A DNA stretch of 63,222 nucleotides, filler included, from an uncultured bacterium (GTDB lineage: Bacteria > B130-G9), in NCBI GenBank assembly GCA_965372715.1. It is 3 parts of 3 records of this genome, joined end to end, with 100 filler letters (N's around TTAATTAATTAA, not from the genome) between each part and the next. Parts side by side here need not be neighbours in the genome. Positions count along the whole stretch, not along the records: positions 52,241 to 63,222 come from CBDVDH010000081.1; 2 more parts are not named here. One strand, 5' to 3'. The position numbers and the translations under genes are program-made. This document shows positions 52,141 through 61,961 of this stretch, in pieces. The notes under the pieces were generated by a model. It worked only from the letters and a program-made list of their open reading frames with translations. It did not search any database and was not told the origin of the DNA. How positions within the stretch are numbered: position 1 is the first letter of the stretch; each line of letters begins with the position of its first letter.

Positions 52141-52240
52141 NNNNNNNNNNNNNNNNNNNNNNNNNNNNNNNNNNNNNNNNNNNNTTAATTAATTAANNNN
52201 NNNNNNNNNNNNNNNNNNNNNNNNNNNNNNNNNNNNNNNN
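52141..52240. other. Artificial contig spacer
   Basis: 44 N + TTAATTAATTAA + 44 N. Confidence 0.98.
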
Positions 52241-52273
52241 AAGGGCGGTTAAAGAGTGGTGGTGACGGTGTCA

Positions 52274-52612
52274 TTATTTAACCTTCCGTGCTTCGATCCA
52301 TCCATCAATTAGGTCGGCGAGCGTCTCGCTGATGAGGTCCCCGCCAAATGTTAACGTAATATCCCCGGCATAATCGCCGCTACCGATCATGTCACCGCCC
52401 GCTGCATCCAATACGCGATTAGCGACGTGGTGGCAGTGCTCCGCGCGAGCCGCTACGCGCATCAAGTCCGTTCTCCGGTTGTGCTCGTCGCATATTGTGC
52501 GTGTAGCCGACTCGCGCCCCATAAGATACGCATAGGCTATCAGCCCTTGCGGGGTGTTTGGCTCGCAGTGCGTGCTCACGCAATCATTAACTAGTTGTTT
52601 TGCTGTCTTCAT
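52274..52612 (-). CDS. Phage hypothetical protein
   Basis: ORF with GGAGAG RBS-like sequence, divergent from the packaging operon. Confidence 0.6.
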   Translation of the reverse strand: MKTAKQLVNDCVSTHCEPNTPQGLIAYAYLMGRESATRTICDEHNRRTDLMRVAARAEHCHHVANRVLDAAGGDMIGSGDYAGDITLTFGGDLISETLADLIDGWIEARKVK

Positions 52613-53047
52613 TTTCTCTCTCCTTGGTTGGTTGTTCCGTCTCTCATGCAATCATATACAAGCAGACCCCATGCCAACCCGCAAACCCCCTACCACCGCA
52701 AACCCCGTAACTCACTGAATCTCAACACGTTACATCACAAATAAACTCACGAGATATCTACCGCTTGACAGATTCACCGCGTTTCCCTCGCATTGTTGCA
52801 ACACTGCAAACCCGGTTTTGAGAGGATGAGAAAGTTATTCCGATTCCTGTAGTTTCAAATTGCCCATATCTGGAATAAGATCATTTTAGTGACTGTCTAT
52901 TTTTTTTGTCAACCTCATTCGGGCCATTCAATGCGTGTTTTTATTAAGCAAAATGCGTATATGGCTTGTATACAACGGTTTGTAACAACAAAAAAAGTTT
53001 GGATTTCTCTTGACGAAGGGGGATATTTGGGGGTAGGAGGTTGGGTT

Positions 53048-53434
53048 ATGAGCAAACCTGTCAAGCACGAGCCGACACGGAAACCCTCCCCCGCCAAGAA
53101 ATTCCCGAAGAAGCGCAAAAAGAAACCGTCGCGCGAAAATGATGGGCGATGGAAAGCGGGACAGAGCGGCAATCCGAAAGGTCCGCCCAGACGCCCAGAA
53201 ATACAGCAATTACGCGAGGCGCTGGCAGAGGTTGCTAAGGCCAACGGGGGCAAGACGTTTTTGCGGCATTTTGTTGAGCAAAGCTACAAAGATACCAATA
53301 TCGCAATTGCGCTGGCCAAGAAAATCCTGCCCGACCTGATCTCTGCGGAACTGGATATGTTGCGGGATTTGCCGTCTGAAGAAGTTGTCCGGCGGATTCT
53401 GGAGGCGATTGACAAGCGCGGGGGTAAATCGTAA
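53048..53434 (+). CDS. Probable terminase small subunit (DUF5681-like)
   Basis: GRWKAGQSGNPKG motif, AGGAGG RBS, stop overlaps the TerL start. Confidence 0.75.
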   Translation: MSKPVKHEPTRKPSPAKKFPKKRKKKPSRENDGRWKAGQSGNPKGPPRRPEIQQLREALAEVAKANGGKTFLRHFVEQSYKDTNIAIALAKKILPDLISAELDMLRDLPSEEVVRRILEAIDKRGGKS

Positions 53435-54951
53435 TGGTTGCGCCTGTCTATGATCCCTATTCAGATTGCGCTCATCCTCGGATCATCGAGTTGGCGGGGA
53501 ATCGTGACCGATTAACCAAGCTGAGCCAGCCGGACCGGCTGGATGTGTTGGACTACGTGACCTCCCCAATGCGCAACTTTTTCCCAAATCGCGGGCAAAA
53601 AGAGATAATCCAGTCCACGGCCCAGAAAATCCTTGTTGCCGGAGCGAACAAGTCCGGCAAGACCGAGCTGGGCGGGCATGTATTTTGTTACCATATGACC
53701 GGTTGGTATCCCGACTGGTTCCCGGAGGCAAACAAGCTCAAGGGCAAGATCAGGGGTTGTATCGTTGTTCCCAATTTCAAAGAGGCGGCTGGGGCTGAGA
53801 TTGAGCCCTATCTTTTCAATATGATCCCCCAGTCGCTGATTGACCGGCGGCGTTGCCACAAAAACGAGGTGGGGGTCACAACCAAATGGCACCTCAAAAA
53901 CGGCAATACGTTCACGATTATGTCCTGCGAGCAGAAACCGATGGCGTTTGAGACGATCGTGGCGGACTTCGTCTGGGTCAATGAGCCGATCCCCAGGGAC
54001 AGATATATAGCCTTGGTCAAAGGATTTATGGTCACGCACGGCAAATTGATGATTACCGCGACGCTGCTTGAGCATGTATGGGTCTGGGATGAGTTCATTG
54101 ATTCCAACGATCCCGACAAGCGCTATTTCACGATGGACATTTCCGACAATCTTGAGGTTAACGGCGGAGTGCTCATCCAAAAGGACATTGACGATTTCGC
54201 TAGTGGGCTTGATATCGACGAGCGGGACGTGCGTCTGCACGGTCGCCCTCAGCATCTGGTGGGCATGATCTACAACCGGGTGGGCCTGTTCCAGCCGGAC
54301 ATTCACGTTCAGGATTTGAGCGGGCTCGACTTCAGGGATTCCAGCAAATACGCCCTGAGTGTTACCCTGGATCCTCACGACACCACGCCGCATGCGTTGG
54401 TCTGGAGAGCCGTGGACAAGACCGGCACCTGCTACTATTTCGATGAGGGATGGATTGACGGTGACTACGCCGATATGGCCGAGTACATCAAGGCTCACGA
54501 GATGGCCATGGGTCCAGTCATGCAGCGGACGATTGACCCCAATTTCGGTGTCAAGACCTACGGAAACTCCAAAAAGACCGTGATTCAGGAGCTGGAGGCG
54601 CACAAGTTGTATTTCGTTCCGGGCTTGGATGCGCTTGAGGAGGGCCATATCAAGGTCAAGTCCGGGCTCAAGTACGACCCGGACAAGAAATTGGGCATGG
54701 GCAATTACCCCCGCATCATCATCGGGCGCAACTGCACGCACATAATCAAGAGCCTCAGCCGGTATGCCCGGACCAAAGCGGGCAAAATCACTGAGGAATG
54801 GAAGCACTTTTGCGACTGCGTGCGCTACGACCAGATGAGCAACCCCAAATTTGTTGAGACCAAGCGGGCCGCCCCCAAACCTCAATACCATCAGCGACGT
54901 GCGCAGATGAGCCACGCGGGCAAAGAGCGTCGCCGGAGAATTCCTGCATGA
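53434..54951 (+). CDS. Terminase large subunit
   Basis: Q motif (PNRGQ), Walker A GANKSGKT, Walker B-like FVWVNEP, TAT coupling motif, nuclease LDPH..HFCDCVRY. Confidence 0.9.
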   Translation: MVAPVYDPYSDCAHPRIIELAGNRDRLTKLSQPDRLDVLDYVTSPMRNFFPNRGQKEIIQSTAQKILVAGANKSGKTELGGHVFCYHMTGWYPDWFPEANKLKGKIRGCIVVPNFKEAAGAEIEPYLFNMIPQSLIDRRRCHKNEVGVTTKWHLKNGNTFTIMSCEQKPMAFETIVADFVWVNEPIPRDRYIALVKGFMVTHGKLMITATLLEHVWVWDEFIDSNDPDKRYFTMDISDNLEVNGGVLIQKDIDDFASGLDIDERDVRLHGRPQHLVGMIYNRVGLFQPDIHVQDLSGLDFRDSSKYALSVTLDPHDTTPHALVWRAVDKTGTCYYFDEGWIDGDYADMAEYIKAHEMAMGPVMQRTIDPNFGVKTYGNSKKTVIQELEAHKLYFVPGLDALEEGHIKVKSGLKYDPDKKLGMGNYPRIIIGRNCTHIIKSLSRYARTKAGKITEEWKHFCDCVRYDQMSNPKFVETKRAAPKPQYHQRRAQMSHAGKERRRRIPA

Positions 54952-55376
54952 ACCAAGGGAGAGACGACATGAATGCAGCAGAGATGATATATTTCGTAAC
55001 GGCAACCGAGGGCGGTCTTTTCACGGGCGTTACATGCCCGCGATGCAGTCCGCGTGCAGTTGTGCGCCGGTTGCGCAAGGCGGCTAAGCCATGGATTGTT
55101 CTGTTTGAAGATGGGCAAATTTACGATGGGTTCCTAGGCCGCAAGGCCCGATGGACTAGGAGCGTTGACCGCGCAGGCACTCAAAACCGGTTTGTGCGCT
55201 TGCAAGCAATGACCCTAGAACGCGCGTCAGGCGTTGTTGTCGGTCCTGAGAACAGAAATCTCCTCATTGCGATACACGACAGAAAAGGGACGCGCGGTTG
55301 GCCCGCAAACATGTTCTTGCGCGAGTTGGCCCGCTGGCTCGACATCACAGAAGCAATATCCTATGAAAATCCTTAA
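54948..55376 (+). CDS. Phage hypothetical protein with CxxC
   Basis: Overlaps both the TerL stop and the portal start. Confidence 0.5.
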   Translation: MNQGRDDMNAAEMIYFVTATEGGLFTGVTCPRCSPRAVVRRLRKAAKPWIVLFEDGQIYDGFLGRKARWTRSVDRAGTQNRFVRLQAMTLERASGVVVGPENRNLLIAIHDRKGTRGWPANMFLRELARWLDITEAISYENP

Positions 55377-57108
55377 ACTCAATTTCCAGAACGAGGCCGA
55401 ACTGGTCACTTTCGTGTTGGAGAAATTCGACTCGGTCGAGAAGTGGCGGGTGGGCTACGAGTCGCGCTGGCAGCGGTACTATGAGACCTACCGGAGCTAC
55501 CAGGAGTTCCTGCCTGAGTTCTGGCACCGGTCGCAGCATTTCATTCCGTACCCGTTTGCCCTGCTTGAGGGGATTACGCCGGAGATAGTAGAGGCCACAA
55601 TCGGCGCAAACGACTTCTTTGCGGTTGACCCAGCGGACAATGTCAACGATGACGAGGGCATCAAAGAGCAGGCCCACATGATGCAAAACATGATGCTCTA
55701 CCAGTTCAACGAGCGCATGGACTTCTCCCGCAAGGCGGTTGACTGGATCAAGGGCACGCTGATATTCGGGACTGGAATCCTCAAGGACGGTTGGCGGGAA
55801 GAGATTGAGATGATCTCAACACGGACTTGGCGCGAGGCCGAGGGCGGGCGCGACTACGAGGACAAAGAGGCTAAGTCAATCAAGTCCAATCCGTATATGC
55901 GTCCGTTGAGTATTCTCGATTACTACCCTGACCCGTTCGGTCGTTTTGCGCTGGACCGGGAATTGGTGGATTACGATCAACTGGAGAAAGAGGAGAAAGA
56001 GGGCATGTGGGCGGTGGGCACGGTTAAAGCGCTGGCCAGCACGTCGTTACCGACTCAGGCACTGGCCGCGTGGCGTAAATCCAGTGACATCAAATTGGCC
56101 GAGGAGCCCGCGCAGAAGCTGATCGAGAACATGGTTGAGCTTGTCCACTATTGGGACAATGGCAAGACCATCACTATCGCCAACCGCAAAGTTGTGGCAC
56201 GGGGAATGCCTACTAATCCACTACCGCACAAGACGTTACCGTATTCGATACTGACGGACATGCCTGTTTTCGGCGAGCTGTACGGGATAGGTGAGATCGA
56301 GGCTATGGGCGATCTGCCGGAGATTTGCAATATGCTGCGTAATGCCGACATTGACGACGTGCTCAGTTCGATCAATCGCCAGTATGTCGCCAACCAGACA
56401 GACGCCTACGGTCTGAACCCTGATCTGATTATCAATGCGCCTGACAAGATTATCTGGTCCAACGATGTTAACAACGCGATCAAAGAAATCCCCCGACACC
56501 CGGCCACCGGCACGGCGCGAGAGGCGGCGGGGAAATTCCACGCGGACATGAAAGACGCTATCGGTCATTTTGACTATGCCCGAGGAGAGACCCCAGAGCG
56601 CAAAGAGACAGCAACCGCAATCATCAAGCTGCAACAGGCGGCGGCCAAGCGTAACATGCTCAAGATCAAGATGTTCAGGCAGACCGGGTTCAAGGACTTT
56701 CTTACGCACGTAATGCGCAATAACCAGTATTTCATTACCGAATCGCAGATAATCAAGATGTTCGGCGACAAGGGGGCCGAGTGGAAGCGCTACAATCCGT
56801 GGGAGATTAACGCCGCCATGGACATAGTAATCAAGGGGCCTACGGATTTAGTAGCGGACAAAGAGAAGTTCCTCGTTTTCTACGAGCACGCCATACAGGC
56901 GGAAGGCGTATGGAGTTTGTTGGAACTCAACAAGCGACTGGCTGAGGTATTCTCCATCACCGCCCCGGCGGAACTGCTCGCGCCTGAACAGCCTGCACCT
57001 GAACAGGGCGGCATGGGCGGGATGCCGGGCGCGATGGGTGGGGCTCCCGGTCCTCAAGGACAGGGCGGAGCGCCTACTCAGCAAATGCTGGCGATGGGGG
57101 GCATGTAA
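55363..57108 (+). CDS. Portal protein (P22-like)
   Basis: FGTGILK.GW, DYYPDP, GELYGIG..E, ETATA; about 580 aa with a Gly/Met-rich tail; follows TerL. Confidence 0.88.
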   Translation: MKILKLNFQNEAELVTFVLEKFDSVEKWRVGYESRWQRYYETYRSYQEFLPEFWHRSQHFIPYPFALLEGITPEIVEATIGANDFFAVDPADNVNDDEGIKEQAHMMQNMMLYQFNERMDFSRKAVDWIKGTLIFGTGILKDGWREEIEMISTRTWREAEGGRDYEDKEAKSIKSNPYMRPLSILDYYPDPFGRFALDRELVDYDQLEKEEKEGMWAVGTVKALASTSLPTQALAAWRKSSDIKLAEEPAQKLIENMVELVHYWDNGKTITIANRKVVARGMPTNPLPHKTLPYSILTDMPVFGELYGIGEIEAMGDLPEICNMLRNADIDDVLSSINRQYVANQTDAYGLNPDLIINAPDKIIWSNDVNNAIKEIPRHPATGTAREAAGKFHADMKDAIGHFDYARGETPERKETATAIIKLQQAAAKRNMLKIKMFRQTGFKDFLTHVMRNNQYFITESQIIKMFGDKGAEWKRYNPWEINAAMDIVIKGPTDLVADKEKFLVFYEHAIQAEGVWSLLELNKRLAEVFSITAPAELLAPEQPAPEQGGMGGMPGAMGGAPGPQGQGGAPTQQMLAMGGM

Positions 57109-57431
57109 TGTTCGGCGAAAAAGGCAAGCGAACGGCGGGTTTGGAAAAGACTTTGGCGGCGCTCGAAGCCCGGCGCGGGAGTAGCCAAACCGGAGCCTGG
57201 CAGAACACGCTCAGTCCATACATCAAGGACGTGGCGAAAAAGGCGCATGATGCATGGCACGCGACAGAGATTGACGGCCTGACAGACAGCGAGATCGTGC
57301 GCAACCTGATAGCCCAGCGGGCAACGGTCAAAGCGTTGCAGGGCATTATTGATTTCGTGGAAGGAAACGAACAGCGGATCAAACAGATTCGTGCGGATTT
57401 GGAGAAAATAGAGAAGGGCAGGAAGAAATGA
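57108..57431 (+). CDS. Phage hypothetical coiled-coil protein
   Basis: Start overlaps the portal stop (TAATG). Confidence 0.75.
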   Translation: MFGEKGKRTAGLEKTLAALEARRGSSQTGAWQNTLSPYIKDVAKKAHDAWHATEIDGLTDSEIVRNLIAQRATVKALQGIIDFVEGNEQRIKQIRADLEKIEKGRKK

Positions 57432-57718
57432 GCAGGAAGAAACCTACAGCACTTGGCGCGAAACTCGCAGGCGTGCTCATGCACGATTTAGTCAAACCGG
57501 GGAAGAAGAAGCTGTACGGGATAGGTGAGATCGGCGAATACAAACCGTCACTCAGTTTGACGCATAGGCGGATCCCTGAACTGAAGAACAGGAAGCCCGG
57601 CGATACGATAAAGATGATTGTGCAGGGGATTATCAACTCTGTTGATTTACATCAGGATCGGGACGGGGAGAATCGGGACCAGAGTTCAGTGGAAATTGAC
57701 AAGATCGGCGTAGCATAG
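57428..57718 (+). CDS. Phage hypothetical protein
   Basis: ATGA overlap with the preceding gene. Confidence 0.7.
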   Translation: MSRKKPTALGAKLAGVLMHDLVKPGKKKLYGIGEIGEYKPSLSLTHRRIPELKNRKPGDTIKMIVQGIINSVDLHQDRDGENRDQSSVEIDKIGVA

Positions 57719-57776
57719 TGCCGCGCTGAAACAGTAAACGAACCCGCCACGGTGCGGGTAAACAAGGAGAAAGACC

Positions 57777-58787
57777 ATGACCGAAGAACGTACACTAGAA
57801 GAGATTGAGGCCGAAACCAAGGCAGCGGAGATTGCTGCGGCGGAAGCTGTAGACGACGATCAGCTTATTGATCTTGGGCCGGACGATGAGGGTATTTTGG
57901 GCGCAGCGACTGCTCCTGAGCCGGAAGAGACCCAAACGGCGGAAGAGCTTGCAGCCGATGCAAAGGTGAAAGAGGAAGCCGCCGAGGCCGTAGAGGCCGC
58001 GAAGAAGGCGGAAGAGTCTCGCGAACAGGGAACGGAAGAGACTGATTGGGACTATCTGCAACGCTCGCGCCATTTCAGCGAACCGGAAGACCTCGCCAAA
58101 TCCTACCGCGAACAGGAGCGTCATCAGACGGTATCGGATCAGGAAAAGGCCAAATACCGTAAGACGCTTGAACAAGCGGGCTACACATTCGGTGAGGATG
58201 GCGAGCCTGTAGCGCCGGAAGTCACGGCGGAACCTGAACATAAACCAACCCTGCATCCGCTCACCGCTGAACAGCTTGCCGAGCAGGCGGAGGAGCGCAA
58301 GGCATATTTTGACGAACAATTTGAACAAGACCCCGTATCGGTCATCAGCTCGATTGTGCAAAACGCATTGAGCAAACAGATGGCCCCGCTAGAACAGCGG
58401 CAACATGAAGAGGATATGGGGAATCTAGTAGATACAGTAATCGGGGAAATGGATAAAGCCACCCCCGGCATGGGAAAGAAAATCGACGAACATGGTGACG
58501 CAGTTGTCAAAGCTCTGGCGGATATGCCCCAAGCATGGAAAGCATCCGACCCGAAGCGCGCAATAAAGCTCGCCATCCACGAAGCACTTGAGGGTTCTTC
58601 ACCCGTGAGCGCGGAGGTAAAGCCGGTAACTGACACCGCAGCAGTAGAGGCCGCGAAAAATGCGGCTGGTGGTGGTAATGGGAAACCTACCCCGTTCACA
58701 CGTCCAGACAATGAAGCGGACGAGGAGAAGAAAGTCCAGGAGGCGCTATTAGCAGAGAAACCCGAAGATGCATTTTGGAAACAATAA
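57777..58787 (+). CDS. Probable capsid scaffolding protein
   Basis: Highly acidic and helical, EDLAKSYRE motif, immediately before the capsid gene, AAGGAG RBS. Confidence 0.75.
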   Translation: MTEERTLEEIEAETKAAEIAAAEAVDDDQLIDLGPDDEGILGAATAPEPEETQTAEELAADAKVKEEAAEAVEAAKKAEESREQGTEETDWDYLQRSRHFSEPEDLAKSYREQERHQTVSDQEKAKYRKTLEQAGYTFGEDGEPVAPEVTAEPEHKPTLHPLTAEQLAEQAEERKAYFDEQFEQDPVSVISSIVQNALSKQMAPLEQRQHEEDMGNLVDTVIGEMDKATPGMGKKIDEHGDAVVKALADMPQAWKASDPKRAIKLAIHEALEGSSPVSAEVKPVTDTAAVEAAKNAAGGGNGKPTPFTRPDNEADEEKKVQEALLAEKPEDAFWKQ

Positions 58788-58808
58788 CACTAGAAAAAGG
58801 AAAAAATC

Positions 58809-59963
58809 ATGGCATTAACAATAATTAGCGGTACGAGGGGTACTGCAAACATCAACTCGAATCGCCGGAAGATCGACGTTAAAGACGTGATCTACCAGCT
58901 GGATCCGGATTCCGCGCCATTGCTGTCGCTGATGATGCGGTTGCGCAAGGAGAAAGCGACCAACGAGGAATTCAAGATGTTCACCGATGAACAGATTCCG
59001 CGCTGGATGCAAATTAACCACGGCGCTGGCTACAGTGACAGTGATACCGAGTTCGTGATTGACGACGATGACGAAGACAATCTGAAGATCGGCGACATGG
59101 TCAAGATTGCGCGAACCGGTGAAGTAATGATTGTGAGTGCTACCAACACCAGCACACACACATTCTCCACGGCTTCACGGTCTTGGGGTTCCACGGCAGC
59201 GGCTGCGATTGTTGATAACGACTGGATTGTCAATCTTGGCAATATCAGTGAGCAGGGCGGGACCAGTCCGGCGATCAGAAGTACGCAGATTGGTCAGGTC
59301 ACGAACTACTGTGAGATCATCAAGACGCCGTTTGAGGTCACGAATACGCAGGATGCCTCTGACCTGTATGGTGGGCCGGACATCGGGTACCTGACCAAGA
59401 AGGACTTGGTTGAGCACAAAATCGACATCGGCAGGAAGTTCCTTGCAGGTGAGAAGATCCGCAATACAGGCGGCTCACAGCCCAAGTGTTCAACGGGCGG
59501 CGTGCTGGAGTTCCTGGCCGATTACACGGATACCGACGCGGCGCTCACGGAGAAGGATTTTGACGAGTGGATGGAGACACCGTTCAAGTACGGTAACAAC
59601 ACTCGGAAGATCCTGTTCGCGTCCGGTATTATAATCCGGGCAATGAACTTCTGGGCGAAGAGCAAGTTGATCTTCACCAGTTCCGAGAAAACCTATGGGG
59701 TCAGCATTGCTACGTATGCGACACCGTTCGGCCCGCTGAAAGTCATTTATGACCGGATGCTTGTCAACGGGTATGCCGGATACGGCGTGTTGCTGGACAT
59801 GGACAATCTCGCGTATAAGTATCTGCGTGATACACGCTTGGAAAAGAACATCCAGGCGAATGATGCCGACACCATCAAGCATCAGTACCTGACCGAGGCC
59901 GGATTGAAGATCGTGCACCCGAAAACTCACAGAGTGCTCAAGGGAGTAACGTCCTTCTCATAA
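58809..59963 (+). CDS. Major capsid protein (HK97 fold, SU10/DUF5309-like)
   Basis: D..P...PLLS, EQG..P..NYCEI.K, TGG, EAGL..HPK.H pattern; 384 aa. Confidence 0.85.
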   Translation: MALTIISGTRGTANINSNRRKIDVKDVIYQLDPDSAPLLSLMMRLRKEKATNEEFKMFTDEQIPRWMQINHGAGYSDSDTEFVIDDDDEDNLKIGDMVKIARTGEVMIVSATNTSTHTFSTASRSWGSTAAAAIVDNDWIVNLGNISEQGGTSPAIRSTQIGQVTNYCEIIKTPFEVTNTQDASDLYGGPDIGYLTKKDLVEHKIDIGRKFLAGEKIRNTGGSQPKCSTGGVLEFLADYTDTDAALTEKDFDEWMETPFKYGNNTRKILFASGIIIRAMNFWAKSKLIFTSSEKTYGVSIATYATPFGPLKVIYDRMLVNGYAGYGVLLDMDNLAYKYLRDTRLEKNIQANDADTIKHQYLTEAGLKIVHPKTHRVLKGVTSFS

Positions 59964-59993
59964 TGGGCGGCTTCCGAAAAAGATAACGCTGCG

Positions 59994-60021
59994 GCTTCCC
60001 CTCTCTTCGGGGAGGGGAGGC
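59994..60021 (+). terminator. cUUCGg-capped stem-loop after the capsid gene (no U tract)
   Basis: gcttcccctctc-TTCG-gggaggggaggc. Confidence 0.5.
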
Positions 60022-60042
60022 GGCTCAACAGGAGATAAGACA

Positions 60043-60381
60043 ATGGCTAAGAAATCCAAAGAAGCAGAACCAGTCGAAGTCGAACAGGAAGAGGTCGATG
60101 TAGTCGAGGAGGCAGTCGAACAGGAAGAGGTCGAGGAAGAGCCCAAGAAACCCAAGAAACCCAAGGAGCCCAAAATGACGCGCTTCATCTCAAAGGGCAA
60201 GCACATCACGGTTATGCTCAGGCCCTCGCGCACATCTATTGTCGATGGCCAGCAAGTGCTGGTACACGATCGCATTCTTGCGAAGTTCGAGAATGGTGTG
60301 TTTGAGACGAACGACAAGTACGTCATCAAGCTGGCGAAGAAAAGCCCGTCATGCGGCGTTGATTACGTTTGCGCCGACTAG
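60043..60381 (+). CDS. Phage hypothetical protein with acidic and Lys-Pro repeat N-terminus
   Basis: AGGAG RBS; duplicated gtcgaacaggaagaggtcga; PKK repeats. Confidence 0.8.
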   Translation: MAKKSKEAEPVEVEQEEVDVVEEAVEQEEVEEEPKKPKKPKEPKMTRFISKGKHITVMLRPSRTSIVDGQQVLVHDRILAKFENGVFETNDKYVIKLAKKSPSCGVDYVCAD

Positions 60382-60411
60382 ACGGAAACAAAAGAAAGAT
60401 TGGGAAAGAAA

Positions 60412-61875
60412 ATGAAAAAACTAAGTGTATTTTTAGCGGTCTGTTTAGTGGCCGGGACTGCCTTTGCGCTACGGCAGAATGAATGGAACTCTACACATGA
60501 GTTGATTCAGGGCGTGAACGCGGGGGAAAGCGGCACGATTCTGAGTGGTGCGGGAACGGATACCGTACCTACATGGACCGCAAGCCCGCCGTTGACATCG
60601 GTTGAGCTTGAGAACGGCGAGATAATCGCCAACGCGGTAGATGGTACGGTAACAATTACGGCGGATGATGATGCAACGAATCTGATTACCGTTGTGCTTG
60701 GAAGCTCTGTTACTAATGTGGCGGATGACGACCTGATAAACGTCCTGTTGCGTGCATATAACGACGTTGGCGAGTTGGTCGATTATGGGCGGATCAGATG
60801 CGAGTTGACCGATGTTACTACCAACACCGAAGACCTGACATGGTATTTCGATGCGGTGGTAAACGGCACAATGACCGAGGTTCTGAATTTCGGTAGTGGC
60901 GGGTTGGACCTTGCTACCGTGCTTGCTGTGGCAGAAGGCGGCGTAGGTGTCGGAACGCTTACCGATGGCGGCGTGTTGTTGGGAAGTGGTACCGGTGCGG
61001 TAACGCCCATGGGAGTCCTTGCCGATGGTTCGATTGTTGTCGGAGACGGCGCAACCGATCCGGTGGCACTGGCTGCGTTCTCATCCAGTACCGGCGATCT
61101 GCTGGTTACCGCCGGAGGTTCCGGGGCCGGGACATTCACGGATCATGGCGTGTTGCTGGGTTCCGGTACGAGCGCATTCACACCGACAGCCGTAGGCTCA
61201 AGCGGGGAACTCCTTATCGGGAATTCCGGCGCTGATCCGGGTTGGCAGGCGATGAGCGGAGACGGCACGATCGACTCCAACGGCGTGTTCGCCATTGCAG
61301 GCGGCGTACTCGTCAATGCTGATGTTGCCTCCGGTGCGGCTATTGCGCGGAGCAAGTTGGCAGAGGATGCCTTGCAGGTTTATGGCATACCGCTTTACAC
61401 CGTGCGGGCGGCTGATCTGGCCGGACTTGCATTGACCGAGACGGCGGGCGATCACTTCTTGTCTTTCTCGGCCAATGTCATCCTTATCAAGGGCGAGGTA
61501 TCAAGTAATGAGACGGAAACGTCTGTCTCATATTTTGAGTTTATTCTCCCGCCTGAGTATGTGGATGCGGGGGACGTACATGTCCGCCTGAATGCCCAGT
61601 ATTCCGGGGACGGCACGAATAATGTTTCTACGATTGACGTAAGCGCATATGAGCAGACGGATGGCGCGGTTGGCGGCGATCTTTGCGCGACAGCCGCTAT
61701 CAATCTGACGAACTCATTTGCAAATTGCGACTTCACGATAACCGCCACCGGCCTGGTTGCGGGCGATGTGCTGAACGTCAAGGTGACAACGGCCATTATC
61801 GAAGCTAGCGATGGACCGGCGGCTATGGAGGCGCAAATCGACAAGGTTGCAGTTCTAACGGACATCAAAGGATAA
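60412..61875 (+). CDS. Fibre/decoration-like protein with a Sec signal peptide
   Basis: MKKLSVFLAVCLVAGTAFA|; two V..GG.G.GT.TD.GVLLGSGT repeats; beta-rich C-terminal domain. Confidence 0.8.
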   Translation: MKKLSVFLAVCLVAGTAFALRQNEWNSTHELIQGVNAGESGTILSGAGTDTVPTWTASPPLTSVELENGEIIANAVDGTVTITADDDATNLITVVLGSSVTNVADDDLINVLLRAYNDVGELVDYGRIRCELTDVTTNTEDLTWYFDAVVNGTMTEVLNFGSGGLDLATVLAVAEGGVGVGTLTDGGVLLGSGTGAVTPMGVLADGSIVVGDGATDPVALAAFSSSTGDLLVTAGGSGAGTFTDHGVLLGSGTSAFTPTAVGSSGELLIGNSGADPGWQAMSGDGTIDSNGVFAIAGGVLVNADVASGAAIARSKLAEDALQVYGIPLYTVRAADLAGLALTETAGDHFLSFSANVILIKGEVSSNETETSVSYFEFILPPEYVDAGDVHVRLNAQYSGDGTNNVSTIDVSAYEQTDGAVGGDLCATAAINLTNSFANCDFTITATGLVAGDVLNVKVTTAIIEASDGPAAMEAQIDKVAVLTDIKG

Positions 61876-61886
61876 CAATTCGCGAC

Positions 61887-61941
61887 GGAAGGGAACGGCG
61901 GGGCATTAAGAGGTCTCTCCATGTTCTGCACGTTCCCTTCC
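61887..61941 (+). other. Long intergenic hairpin
   Basis: ggaagggaacg-gcggggcat..atgttctgc-a-cgttcccttcc. Confidence 0.6.
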
Positions 61942-61961
61942 ACAGAAAGGAAGAATGACAG

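Noticed and set aside
52062-52300. Prophage integrated next to scpB
   Set aside because: The junction is an artificial spacer; there is no att site or integrase evidence.
53512-55005. 497-aa minus-strand ORF and many other long antisense ORFs (e.g. 12673..13620, 39481..40392, 27585..28073)
   Set aside because: Shadow frames of well-supported genes in GC-rich DNA, with no recognisable motifs.
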